Shown one piece after another: positions 38,577 to 48,620 of a DNA stretch of 48,620 bases; positions within the stretch are counted from its first letter, which is position 1, and each line of letters begins with the position of its first letter. This DNA is from Chloropicon primus. Taxonomy: Eukaryota. The stretch covers positions 682,001 through 730,620 of the forward strand of contig CP060764.1 in the NCBI GenBank assembly GCA_023205875.1, given 5' to 3'. The notes under the pieces are model-generated. The model had not been told where the DNA came from. It saw only the letters and a program-made list of their open reading frames with translations, and did no database searches. Position numbers and translations under genes: made by a program.

Positions 38577-40376
38577 GAACAAGGGATGAAAACAAACCTT
38601 TACCAAACCACCACCAGCAACAAGAGCAACAACACGAAGAGCAAGAACGAGGAGGTTCTCCTGGTGCCATGCAGGCCGGAGGTGCGGCTGGAGCTCCAAG
38701 TGAGGGTCAAGGACGCACTCGGACTCGGACTCGAGGACCGGGACCGGGTGGTGGTGGTGCGGCTGGAGTGCGACGACCACGGCGTCCCGACGGAGGCGGA
38801 GGCCAACGCGAAGAGGCTCAACTCCCTGTCGTGGTGCTGGAAGAACCACTTCATACCCAAGCGAGAGTTCGACCCTGTTTTTCACAACGTCGCTGAGGGG
38901 GGCGTCAAGGCGAAGGGGGGCAAGAGGCCCGGCATCGGGGGGTCCAGCTCCCCGCAGTCCCCCAAGGCAGGGGGAGACGGCAGGAGGGACCACCCCCACG
39001 CCGGCGTGTCCACCTCGAGCTCGAGGGAGGCCCTGGCCCACGACCTGGGGCTGGACCTCGAGAGCCTGAGCAGGATGCCCGTGGCGGACGTGGCCAGGGG
39101 GAGGGAGCGGGCCAGGAGGCTGTGCAACGCCATGTGGTCGGCCGCTGGCCTGGAGCCCAGGATGCTCGGCACGAAGAGGTTCGCCTTCGTGGGCGAGCAG
39201 AGGGCCATGAGGAAGGCGAGGGAGGAGAAGAAGGAGAGGGAGCTGCAGCAGCAGCAGAAGCAGAAGGCCCTAGCCGCCCAGAAGAAGAAGCAGCAGAGGA
39301 GCCAGGCGGCGAGCAGCAGGCAGGACAAGCAGAAGCAGGAGAAGGAGGCCGCGGCGAGCAAGGCCTCCAAGGCCGCGGGGGACGACAAGGCCTCCAAGGC
39401 CGCCGACAAGGTCAAGGTCGCCGCGGAGAGGAAGGCCGGCACCCCCGGGGGGTCTTCCAAGAAGGCGGGCGGCGTGTCCAGGGAGGGGAACAAGAGCCCC
39501 GCCCCTGGGGGTTCCGGCGACAAGGCCAAGGCGGACAAGGAGAAGAAGGCGAAGAAGGAGAAGAAGGGGGGCGGCGCGGCGACCCCCTCGGCGTCGGACA
39601 AGGCCAAGGGGAAGGCCAAGGCCAACGGGGGCGGGGACGCGGGGGAGGGGAAGCCCAACGCGGGCCCCGGCTCCGCCAAGGACGGGAGGGCCGAGCCGGC
39701 GGAGGCAAAGGAGGGCGGCGGGGGGGGCAACCCCGCCAAGGCCCAGGCCAAGGCCAGGAGAGAAAAGCCTGGGCTGGGCTCGGCCCAAAAGAAGGCGAAG
39801 ACGGAGGCCGTGGAGGACGCCGGCAAGAAGGAGCTTCGGAGCAACCGGTCTGCGGCGAGGAAGGAGGCGTCCGAGGAGGCCGTCAAGAGGAGGGAGGCCA
39901 GCCCACGGAAGGCGGAGGGCAGCAAGGAGGGAGGGGGCTCCATGAGGAGGAGGGGCAGCGGCAGCTCTGCGGCGGATACCCCGAGCGCGTCCACGACTCC
40001 ATCCCGGCCGACGAGGGCGGCCGCCCCCCCCGTGGGATCCCTCAAGGAGGGCGTGGGCGTGCGGAGCCCCTCCTCCAAGACGGGCGAATCTGCGGAGAAG
40101 AAGGACTTGAACCACCCGAAGCAGGAGGCGACTCCGAAGCCGAAACAGGAGGCGGCGGTAAAGGTCGAGCCCAGGGTTCCAGCAGTGGTGAAGGCCTCGC
40201 CTCCAAAGACTCCGCAGACCCCGTCCATCACCACAGCCATGGACGACGAGCAGATCGCCATGCTCCTGCACCAGGAACTGAACGCCCCGACCAGGAGGAG
40301 GAGGAGGGACACAGGGGGGAACACCCCTCAAAGCCCCTCCAACAAGAAGAGGAAACCTTCCCCCCTGAGCGGGTGA
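38526..40376 (+). CDS. Hypothetical Lys/Ala-rich, probably nuclear protein
   Basis: Long ORF with strong GC3 bias; poly-Q, a small globular N-terminal region, a long basic disordered tail, and C-terminal DDEQIAMLLHQELN plus RRRRR/KKRK motifs. Confidence 0.8.
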
Positions 40377-40617
40377 TCCTCCCCAATAAAGCAAAGGGAA
40401 GGGAAGGGGAGACAAGACAAGACTTGTTGTCCTTGTTCATAACAACACGACGCCTTTGGGTTTCTTTTTGGGTATTGTTATTCCATATGATTCCATTTCT
40501 TCCTTGGCCTTGGCCTGAGCCAATCCTGCTTCGCTTTTCCCGCCACGAAAGCGACAGAGGACAAAGGCGAAGCGCCCACGGGCAACCGACGTCTTGCGCT
40601 GGCGAGGAGGGGAGGGG

Positions 40618-41613
40618 ATGGACCCCACGACGAGCCAAGGACCCGAAGGCGTCCTCCGTATCGCGGACGTCGCGGAGGGAGGGACAGGGGACGACGGGGA
40701 CGCCAAGAAGCTCCGCAAGTGGAGGAAGATGCTGGAGAGGGCGTCCACGCACAAGCAGTGGAAAGCGGCCCTCGCCGTGCCGGGGTTCAAGAAAAAGTTC
40801 ACGATGAGGAACCGGAAGGGGGTGCCGGACGAGCTCAGGGGGATCGTGTGGCCCCTCGTTTCCGGGGGGCGGGAGCTTCTGTTGCAGAACCCCGGGGTCT
40901 ACGAGAGGCTCATGCTGTACGAGAGCAGCAGCAGCGAGCTCGACATCGTTCGAGACCTCAACCGCACTTTCCCCGGCCACGTGTTTTACGCCCAGAGGCA
41001 CGGACCGGGCCAGAGGTCCCTGTACAACGTGCTCAAGGCCTACAGCGTGTTCGACAGGAGCGTGGGGTATGTCCAGGGCATGGGTTTCGTCACGGGGGTT
41101 CTCCTGCTTTACATGTGCGAGGAGGACGCCTTCTGGACCCTGGTTGCGCTGCTGAAGGGGGCGAGCCACGTTCCCATGGAGGGCATGTACCAGGAGGGCT
41201 TGCCCCTCCTTCAGAAGTACCTGCACCACTTCGAGGGGCTCGTGGAGGCCTTCCTGCCCAAGCTCTCGGCGCACCTCACCCAGGAGAACATCGTGCCCAC
41301 CATGTACTGCTCGCAGTGGTTCATCACCGTGTTCAGCTACACCCTGCCCTTCGACTGCCTCTTGAGGGTGTGGGACATCTTCATCCTGGAGGGGATGAGG
41401 ACCGTGTTCGCCATCGGGCTCGAGCTCCTGAGGTGCGAGCAGGACCACCTGATGAAGTTGAAGTTCGAGAACCTCGTGCAGGCCTTGAGCAGGAAGAGGC
41501 ACGACATACCCGCGGGGCACAAAACGGTGGACGACTTCCTGAGAAGGGCGATGACGTGGAAGCTGAAAGAGAAGTTGAGGGACCTGGACGACCAGTTCGA
41601 CCTAATCATGTAA
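40618..41613 (+). CDS. TBC-domain Rab GTPase-activating protein (EVI5/TBC1D10-like)
   Basis: Motifs RKGVPDELRGIVW, IVRDLNRTFP (Arg finger), VGYVQGM (Gln finger), EEDAFW and RVWDIF. Confidence 0.95.
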   Translation: MDPTTSQGPEGVLRIADVAEGGTGDDGDAKKLRKWRKMLERASTHKQWKAALAVPGFKKKFTMRNRKGVPDELRGIVWPLVSGGRELLLQNPGVYERLMLYESSSSELDIVRDLNRTFPGHVFYAQRHGPGQRSLYNVLKAYSVFDRSVGYVQGMGFVTGVLLLYMCEEDAFWTLVALLKGASHVPMEGMYQEGLPLLQKYLHHFEGLVEAFLPKLSAHLTQENIVPTMYCSQWFITVFSYTLPFDCLLRVWDIFILEGMRTVFAIGLELLRCEQDHLMKLKFENLVQALSRKRHDIPAGHKTVDDFLRRAMTWKLKEKLRDLDDQFDLIM

Positions 41614-41725
41614 CCCTTATTTTGTTCTTTGTGCCTTATGATAATATGCTGTAAGAAAACAAAATGAAAAGCACGTGTGTGAAAACGAAAACGATGAGAG
41701 AGAGTGTGTGCGTGTGGTCGTTCGT

Positions 41726-43174
41726 TTAAAAGTCCCACGGCGTCCTGAACTTCATTCCCGCGTAGGGGATCCCCAACTCCTCCTCGATTCTGAGGAGCTG
41801 GTTGTACTTGGCCAGCCTCTCGGATCTGCAGGGGGCTCCGGACTTGATGTGGCCCGCCCCGATGCCAACGGAGAGGTCGGCGATGAAGGAGTCCTCCGTC
41901 TCCCCGGACCTGTGGGACACGAAGACACCCCAGCCGTTCCGCCTGCACAGGGACCAGGCATCCAGGCTCTCCGTCACCGATCCGATTTGGTTCACCTTGA
42001 GGAGCATTGCATTCGTGGCCTTCGACTCCAGGCCCTTTTCCACCCTGCTGCAATTGGTGCAGTACAAGTCGTCGCCGACAATTTCGATGCGGTCCCCGAC
42101 CTTGCTTGTGAGGGCAGCGTGCGACGCAAAGTCCTGAGAGAGAGGGGGGAGAGGGGAGCGAGTCAGTGCCAGTACCGCTGTCTGTCAATTGACGGGCGCG
42201 GCAAGGGAGCGACGAAAACAACTTACCTCCTCGTCGAAGGGATCCTCGAGGAGGACCATGGGAAAGTCGGAGCATATTTTCTCGTACAACTCCACCATCT
42301 CTGCGGCGCTCTTCTTCTCACCGCCGACTTGGGCGCTCTTGAACCCAAGGTCGTACGTTCCGTCCTTGAAGAACTCGGATGCCGCGGGGTCACTGCCGAG
42401 GAATATTTTCGTGGTGTGGCCTGCCCTCTCGATGGCCTTCATGAGAAGCCTCATCCCTTCTTCCGGGCTCGCGATGTTTGGGGCGAACCCGCCCTCGTCC
42501 CCCACGGCCGTGTCCCTCAGCCCGTACTCCTCCTGGATGACCTTTTTCAGGACCTGGTACGTTTCCGCCCCGATTCTCAGGGCCTCGCCAAAGCTCTCGG
42601 CGCCCGCGGGGATGAGAAAGAATTCCTGGAACGCCAGCAAGTTCCCGGCGTGGACGCCGCCGTTGATCACGTTCAGGCACGGCACGGGCATCACCATCCG
42701 GACCGGCTCGCCGATTGCCTTCGCTGCCAGGTCGTTGATGTGCCGGCAGAGCGGCACGCCCTTCACCAAGGCGCCCGCACGGCAGCACGCCATGGAGACC
42801 GCGAGCACGGCGTTCGCCCCAATGCCGGACTTGTCCTTCTGCGGGCTGGTGTCCAGCTCGAGCAAGGCGGCGTCAATGGCCTTCTGGTCCGTCGGATCCA
42901 TGCCCACGACGGCCTTCCCCAAGACTCCGATCGATTTCGCGGCCTCGAGACACCCCATCCCGGCGTACCTCCCGGGGTCCGCGTCCCTAAGTTCCTTGGC
43001 CTCCGCCCCCCCCGTGCTCTTCCCGCTCGGCACCATGGCCCTCACCACGGACTGCGTGTTCGTGGCCCCCTCGAAGGCCACCTCCGCCTCCACCGTCGGC
43101 CTCCCCCTCGAGTCCAACACCTCCCTCCCCTTCACACTCACGATTCTAGCGTTCCTCCCCACCATCGTCTCCAT
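41726..43174 (-). CDS. ENO: Enolase; intron 42134..42226
   Basis: Motifs [61 protein letters not shown] and [26 protein letters not shown] intron is in frame. Confidence 0.96.
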
Positions 43175-43394
43175 CGTCTCCAACGTCACACCACTGCTTG
43201 TTCCTCGTGCTTGATCGGTCCCCCTCCTCCGCACCGGTCGCGGTCAAGCAAGCAAGCAAGCAAGCGTCACGTCACCGTCACGGTGAAGCAATCAAGCAAG
43301 CGTTACGTCACGGTCAAGGTGCAAGGGTGCTGGAACCAAAATATCTGGCGATCTTGGCACGTGAGCAGCGCGGGAGTGAGGAGCGGGAGTGAGG

Positions 43395-44906
43395 ATGAGG
43401 GTGATGAGTGTTGTGGGTGGGAGGGGGAGGGGGAGGACCTTGGCGGTGGGGTGTTCGGTGGTGGGGGCGAGTATGGTCTTCGCGGCGGGGGCAAGCGCAA
43501 GGAGAAAGAACAACAGGAACTTCAGGAAGGGAGGGACGCCGAGGCTCACGGGAAGTGGGAACATCGAGAGGATCTTCGAGGAGCTCGACACCGACGGAAG
43601 CGGGGAAATCGACCAGGTGGAGATCAGGGAGGGCCTGACCAGGATCGGTTTGCCGAGCGGGGACGATTACGTCCAGGACCTCCTGCAGGGGGGGTACGAC
43701 CTGGACAACTCCAAGACCATCAGCAAGAAGGAGTTCGTGGCCTACGTCAAGGACAAGGAGCAGGCGATGCTCAAGGTCTTCAAGAGCATGGACAAGGACG
43801 GGAGCGGGACGATATCGGGCGACGAGGTGGTCGAGGTGATGGAGCAGATGGGCATTGCCGCCACCTCGACCGACGGGTCGAGGATGATCGAGCTTCTGGA
43901 CGAGAACAAGGACGGGTGCGTGACGTTTGAGGAGTTCAAAAAGTACACCTGCCTCCTTCCCGCGGCGCAGCTCAAGAGCAATGCGGCGTACTGCTGGATG
44001 GGCAGCAGCGTGGACCGGGTGATCACGAACCCGAGGGAGCCCCTGAAGCAGCTGGTGGTGGGCGGGGCCGCCGGGGCCGCGTCCAGGTTCCTCACGGCGC
44101 CCCTGCAGCGCGTCAGGGTCGTGCTCATGGCCAGCAAGGACGGCCTCGGCATCCCCGGGGTGGTCAGGCAGGTCGCAGCCAAGGAGGGCGTCCTCGGGTT
44201 CTGGAGGGGCAGCACGCCCCGCATCCTCAAGGTGATGCCGGGGAGCGCCATCCAGTTCGCCACGTTCGCTTCCGTGAAGAACTTCTTCCTGAAGAGGAGC
44301 AAGACGGGAGAAATCACCGTGCCCCAGACCCTCTTGGCGGGTGCCACGGCGGGAGCAACGGCCTGCCTGGTGGTCTACCCCTTCACCTCGTTGGCGGGAC
44401 AGATGTCGGTCGCGAACGGGGTCAAGGGCAGCATCTTCACGGTCAGCAAGCAGATCTACAAGACCTTTGGGATCAAGGGCTTCTACAAAGGCTTGCCCGG
44501 GGAGCTCATGGGGGACATATGGGGCTTCATGCTCGGCTTTGGCCTCTACGACCTCGCGAACCAGGCCTTCTACAACGTGTTCAAGAGGAAGCCAAGATCG
44601 CTGGAGAAGGGGCTGGTGGGAGGGAGCACCGCTTGCGTCTCGATCACGACGTCGATGCCGTTGTTGCTGGCCACCACCAGGATGCAAGTCCAAGGACTGC
44701 CGGGATACCCCGTGCTTTACAAGAACGTCCTCGACTGTTTGGTGAAGACCGCTCAGCAGGAAGGGGTCGGAGGCTTGTGGAAGGGGTTGGTGCCGTCGTA
44801 CGCCCAAATTTTTCCCTGTATCTTCATAAGCTACTTCGTTTACGAGGCCCTCTCCAAGGAGCTGGGGCTCGGGGGCCTCTCCAAGTACAGCGCGAAGAAA
44901 AAGTAA
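43395..44906 (+). CDS. Ca2+-binding mitochondrial carrier (ATP-Mg/Pi carrier, SLC25A24/APC-like)
   Basis: Four EF hands (DTDGSGEID, DLDNSKTIS, DKDGSGTIS, DENKDGCVT) followed by three carrier repeats. Confidence 0.9.
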   Translation: MRVMSVVGGRGRGRTLAVGCSVVGASMVFAAGASARRKNNRNFRKGGTPRLTGSGNIERIFEELDTDGSGEIDQVEIREGLTRIGLPSGDDYVQDLLQGGYDLDNSKTISKKEFVAYVKDKEQAMLKVFKSMDKDGSGTISGDEVVEVMEQMGIAATSTDGSRMIELLDENKDGCVTFEEFKKYTCLLPAAQLKSNAAYCWMGSSVDRVITNPREPLKQLVVGGAAGAASRFLTAPLQRVRVVLMASKDGLGIPGVVRQVAAKEGVLGFWRGSTPRILKVMPGSAIQFATFASVKNFFLKRSKTGEITVPQTLLAGATAGATACLVVYPFTSLAGQMSVANGVKGSIFTVSKQIYKTFGIKGFYKGLPGELMGDIWGFMLGFGLYDLANQAFYNVFKRKPRSLEKGLVGGSTACVSITTSMPLLLATTRMQVQGLPGYPVLYKNVLDCLVKTAQQEGVGGLWKGLVPSYAQIFPCIFISYFVYEALSKELGLGGLSKYSAKKK

Positions 44907-44971
44907 TTTCGGTTTTTTCTTCGCCGAGTCCGTTGATGATGATACATACACATTACTTTTTTGTTGTCATG

Positions 44972-46844
44972 TTATTCCCGCAGTGCCCCGTACTGCTCGC
45001 TCGCCTTTCTTCGGATCGAGGTGAGGGGTGACAGCTGGATTTCGCGCGAACCGCTCGCTCTCGAGGAGGCCTTGAAGCACCAGGACCAGGCACTCGGCAG
45101 GGCGCACCCAGGGAGAGCCACCCCGATGACCACGAGCAGGGAAGGGCCAAAGTTCAGGACGCCGGAGACCACCTGAGCCCAGGTTGGAAACCCTCCAGTG
45201 CCAGGTCCGAAGTATCCCAATGAAGTTGGGTAAGGGATCAAGCCCACCAAGGCTACCCCGAACAAGGCGAAGCAGAGGATGGGGCACACGGACCTCCACC
45301 AGAAGAGGAGCAGGGGGTTCTCACCCTTGCCCCTCAACTCCTGGCTCGCTCGGTGGTGCCAATTGATTCCCGCCAGGTAGGCCGACCCCAAGATGGAGCA
45401 CCCCGCAACGATGAACATGGACATGAAGTTCCCGTAATCCCAAAGCAGGGTCACGTAGTAATACCCCGCATCCGTTGTGCAGGGGAGAGAGAGCCCAAAC
45501 CCAACGAGGCACGTGAACACTGTGACCCAAGGGCCACTCCAAGATTTGAAGACAGGCAGCTCCTTCACAAAGGTGATGACGGACTCCGTCACTCCAATCT
45601 GCGTGTCGATGCCGAGCGTTACTATCATCAAGAAGAACACCACCGAGAATGCCTGGGCAGCCCCTTGGGGGAAGGACGCCAGAGCCTCCGTGTACGCCAC
45701 GAACGTGATTCCAAATCCCGAAAGGTCCAGCTCGTCGATGGGCGTTCCCGTGGACTGGGACAGGTAGCCCAGCTTGATGACGCGAGGGGAGGAGACAGCA
45801 GAACGCGAGGGGGTCAGGGTGTGCTCGCTCTGGTAGGTGTGGGTTTCAGAGGCAGGCGCACTCAAAGAGGTCGACGGCACTCACCATGGGAAAAATTGCG
45901 AACCCGCCCAGGAAGCTCGTCAGCGAATTGATGATGGGAATCATCGCTCCGTCTCTATGATAGTTCTGGTTCGACTTCTGCTGGAGGGAACCGAAGGTGA
46001 CGATCGCGCCCATGGCCACCCCCATGCTGTAGAAAATCTGGGTCGCTGACCTCGCCCACGTCTCGTAGTCTGCAAACTTCGCCACGTCCACCTCCAGGTA
46101 CGCTCGGATACCGTCGGTGCCGCCCGGCATCATCGCCCCCTTGACGATGAGGGCGACGATGCAAACGTAAGGAAGGATGACAGTGACGTAGACCACCTTG
46201 CCACCCGATTGGACCCCCTTGATGAGCACCAGGCAAGTGACCAGCCACGCCGCTCCGTTGGCCCCGAACACGGGCCAGTTCATCCCGTGGACGTCGCCCA
46301 ACCCCGTGGACGCCCCAACGATGTCCTCGTAAAAGAACTTTCTGGTGTTTCCTGCCCAGGGAAGGGGACTGCTGAACGAGTAATAGAGGTAGAGCAACGC
46401 CCAGCCAATGATCGTGTTGAAGTACGCGATCATGAGCACGGCTATGACGACGTGCCCCGCTCCCACCCCCCACAGCCGCGGGCTCATCGCCAGGAAGGAA
46501 CCGTACGCCCCCCGGCGATAAAACTGGCCGACCTTGAGGTCGTGTGCGTACAAGGGAACCCCAAGCACGAACAACCAGATGAAGTAGCACACGAGGAAGG
46601 TCCCCCCGCCGTAGTTGTACACCCGTCCAGGGAACACGACCACGTTTCCCAGGCCCACGCAGTACCCCACGCTCGTCAGCAGGAACTCGGCATAGTTCGC
46701 GAACCCCTCCCCCTCCCTCTGCCTCTCCTCCTCCGCCGCACCCGCGGGCGGAGGCAAGGGCGGACCCCTCGGCGACAGAGGCACCTCATACAACTCCGAG
46801 TGAGGAAGCGCCGGCGCGCTCGGCGGGCTGGGCGCCGCGTCCAT
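44972..46844 (-). CDS. Sodium:neurotransmitter symporter family (SLC6/NSS) transporter; intron 45773..45884
   Basis: Motifs GYCVGLGNV..FP, GGGTFL, GQF, LPW, GKVVY.T..LPY, QIFYSMG and FAIFPM|LGY. An alternative ATG lies at 46910. Confidence 0.92.
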
Positions 46845-47869
46845 GACGAGCGAACGAAGCCTTGCTTTTGTGGCCGTAACGGCCCCGGCCCGGGGACTGA
46901 CACAATGCATGGTGAATCATCACGCTCAAGCCAAGCCTGGTGATGGCGGAGAGGAGAAGGGGAGAGGAGAGGGGAAGAGAGGAGGTGATCTTGGGTTGTT
47001 ATGTTAGTGTTGGAATGCTTCTGTGTGTTGGGTTCTTATGTGGATTTTGGTGGCATTTCCTGATTAGGCTTGGAGAACCTCATGGGGAGCTGATGGGGGG
47101 CCTGTGGAGGAGCTCATGGAGGTCCAGCGGGGAGGCAGATGATTGATTTTGAGGTCTTTGGGTCTGTGGGGGCCCAATTGGGGTTATTGGAATGCGTTGA
47201 TCTCAGTCGCCTTGCTCCATGAGTCATCGACCATGACAATGAGTGGGAGGAGGGGCCCAGATGATGTGTGCTCGGGTCCGGGCACCGGCGTCGAGGGGTG
47301 GGAGAGGAGAGGTGTTCTTGGGCCAATGCAGGAGAGTGGGAGGGGAAAGGAGGCAAGGAGAGGTGTCTGTGGGTAGTTGTTCGTGGATTGGATCATCTCT
47401 GTTTGGTTCATGCTGACTTGATTGTGTAATGTAGGTGTGTATGATATGATTCTGTTGCCTTTATTGCCCATTTTTGGGCCTATTTTTTGGTACGAATAGT
47501 GGAGTGACGGATCCAGTTCGTGTCCGATGGCTGTAAAACTTTGTCAGAAGGGGCTTGTATTTTATATTTGGATACTCTTCGAAGATGGTGTATGTACACG
47601 TAGTCCTTGAACCTGTAGAGGTCCATCTGCCGGACCACTAAAACCCAAACCACAGCCCTCCATGGAGGATGATGATGTTGTGTGAATGGAGTCCGTGATG
47701 AAGAGCCCTGTTCCGGGTGGAGTGCAATAGAGGGCACCAGAGAATAAAGAGGTCCAATCGTAAACCTTACCCTGATCCACTCTTCTGCTGGAATCCGTCG
47801 TCTTATGCGACGTGATTTAGGGCCGACTAAAACCCAGATCACACTTAAGACCTAAACCAGAAGGAAAAT

Positions 47870-48370
47870 TGCGGTGGCTTGGAAGCACCACGGAAAGGTT
47901 GGATGATGCAACGGTGTCTTTCACTTAGGCTTCTTTTGTTCTCCGGCTCCTTTCCTTGGCCAGGTCGTCCTTCCTTCCTTCCTCGGGCAAACCCTACTCA
48001 AGGCACTTCGGACCCACGAGAGGGCCTTTTAGGCGTTAGGTTTTAGGACTCCCAAGGCTTTAGGAAACGCGGTGACTCGGAGGCACCACGGAAAGCTTGG
48101 ATGATGCGACGGTGTCTTTGTCTTAGGCTTCTTTTGTTCTCCGGCTCCTTTCCTTGGCCAGGTCGTCCTTCCTTCCTTCCTCGGACAAACCCTACTCAAG
48201 GCACTTCGGACCCACGAGAGGGCCTTTTAGGCGTTAGGTTTTAGGACTCCCAAGCCTTTAGGAAACGCGGTGGCTCGGAGGCACAACGGAAAGGTTGGAT
48301 GATGCGACGGTGTCTTTCTCTTAGGCTTCTTTTGTTCTCCGGCTCCTTTCCTTGGCCAGGTCGTCCTTCC
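47870..48370. repeat. Subtelomeric tandem satellite, 198-bp period, about 2.5 copies
   Basis: GCAC(C/A)ACGGAAAG recurs at 47885, 48083 and 48281. Copies are near-identical and contain degenerate TTTTAGG/TTAGG motifs. Confidence 0.93.
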
Positions 48371-48620
48371 TTAGGTTTAGGCTTGTAGGTTTGTAGGTTT
48401 GTAGGTTGTTAGGTTGTTAGGTTGTTAGGTTGTTAGGTTGTTAGGGATACTAGGTTTTAGGTTTTAGGTTTTAGGTTTTAGGTTTTAGGTTTTAGGTTTA
48501 GGTTTAGGTTTAGGTTTTAGGTTTTAGGTTTTAGGTTTTAGGTTTTAGGTTTTAGGTTTTAGGTTTTAGGTTTTTAGGTTTAGGTTTTAGGTTTTAGGTT
48601 TTAGGTTTTAGGTTTTAGGT
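48371..48620 (+). repeat. Telomere: degenerate proximal zone (TTTGTAGG, TTGTTAGG; 48371-48450), then (TTTTAGG)n to the end of the window
   Basis: G-rich strand runs 5'->3' toward the window end, as expected for a right chromosome end. Confidence 0.97.

Noticed and set aside
46940..47860. Short ORFs in the lower-GC subtelomeric spacer (e.g. 47480-47842)
   Set aside because: They lack the genome's codon bias and any recognisable motif; no transposon termini or RT/transposase signatures seen.
47870..48370. 198-bp repeats as a CRISPR array or LTR element
   Set aside because: Whole units are repeated with no unique spacers, there is no internal coding region, and they abut the telomere.

Overview
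Right-hand end of a chromosome from a compact, GC-rich, intron-poor eukaryote. It is most likely a green picoalga: TTTTAGG telomeres, TGTAA poly(A) signals and plastid-type N-terminal extensions suggest Chloropicon or a relative, which is an inference. The window holds about 27 protein genes in near-perfectly alternating orientation: a SHIPPO/ODF3-repeat protein, YIPF6, adenylosuccinate synthetase, a torsin-like ATPase, a cNMP-domain tandem nucleotide cyclase, CCT8, PanC fused to a Tudor-like domain, SRP14, GT29, DNAJC11, MurD, RJL GTPase, GCP2, an RRM protein, CNX2/MoaA, PNO1, GT47, TRM82, ALG13, a TBC RabGAP, enolase, an EF-hand mitochondrial carrier, an SLC6 transporter and several unknowns. 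It also has an intron-containing tRNA-Leu(UAA), a 198-bp subtelomeric satellite and the terminal telomere. The most interesting signals are: (1) pantothenate synthetase fused in frame to a Tudor-like domain with an NLS-like insert; (2) a membrane cyclase with inverted catalytic halves and its own cNMP sensor; (3) telo-box arrays using a different repeat from the real telomere, about 120-130 nt upstream of CCT8 and PNO1; (4) a torsin with altered signature motifs; (5) plastid MurD and flagellum-associated genes. All protein assignments come from motif recognition by eye; no database searches were run.
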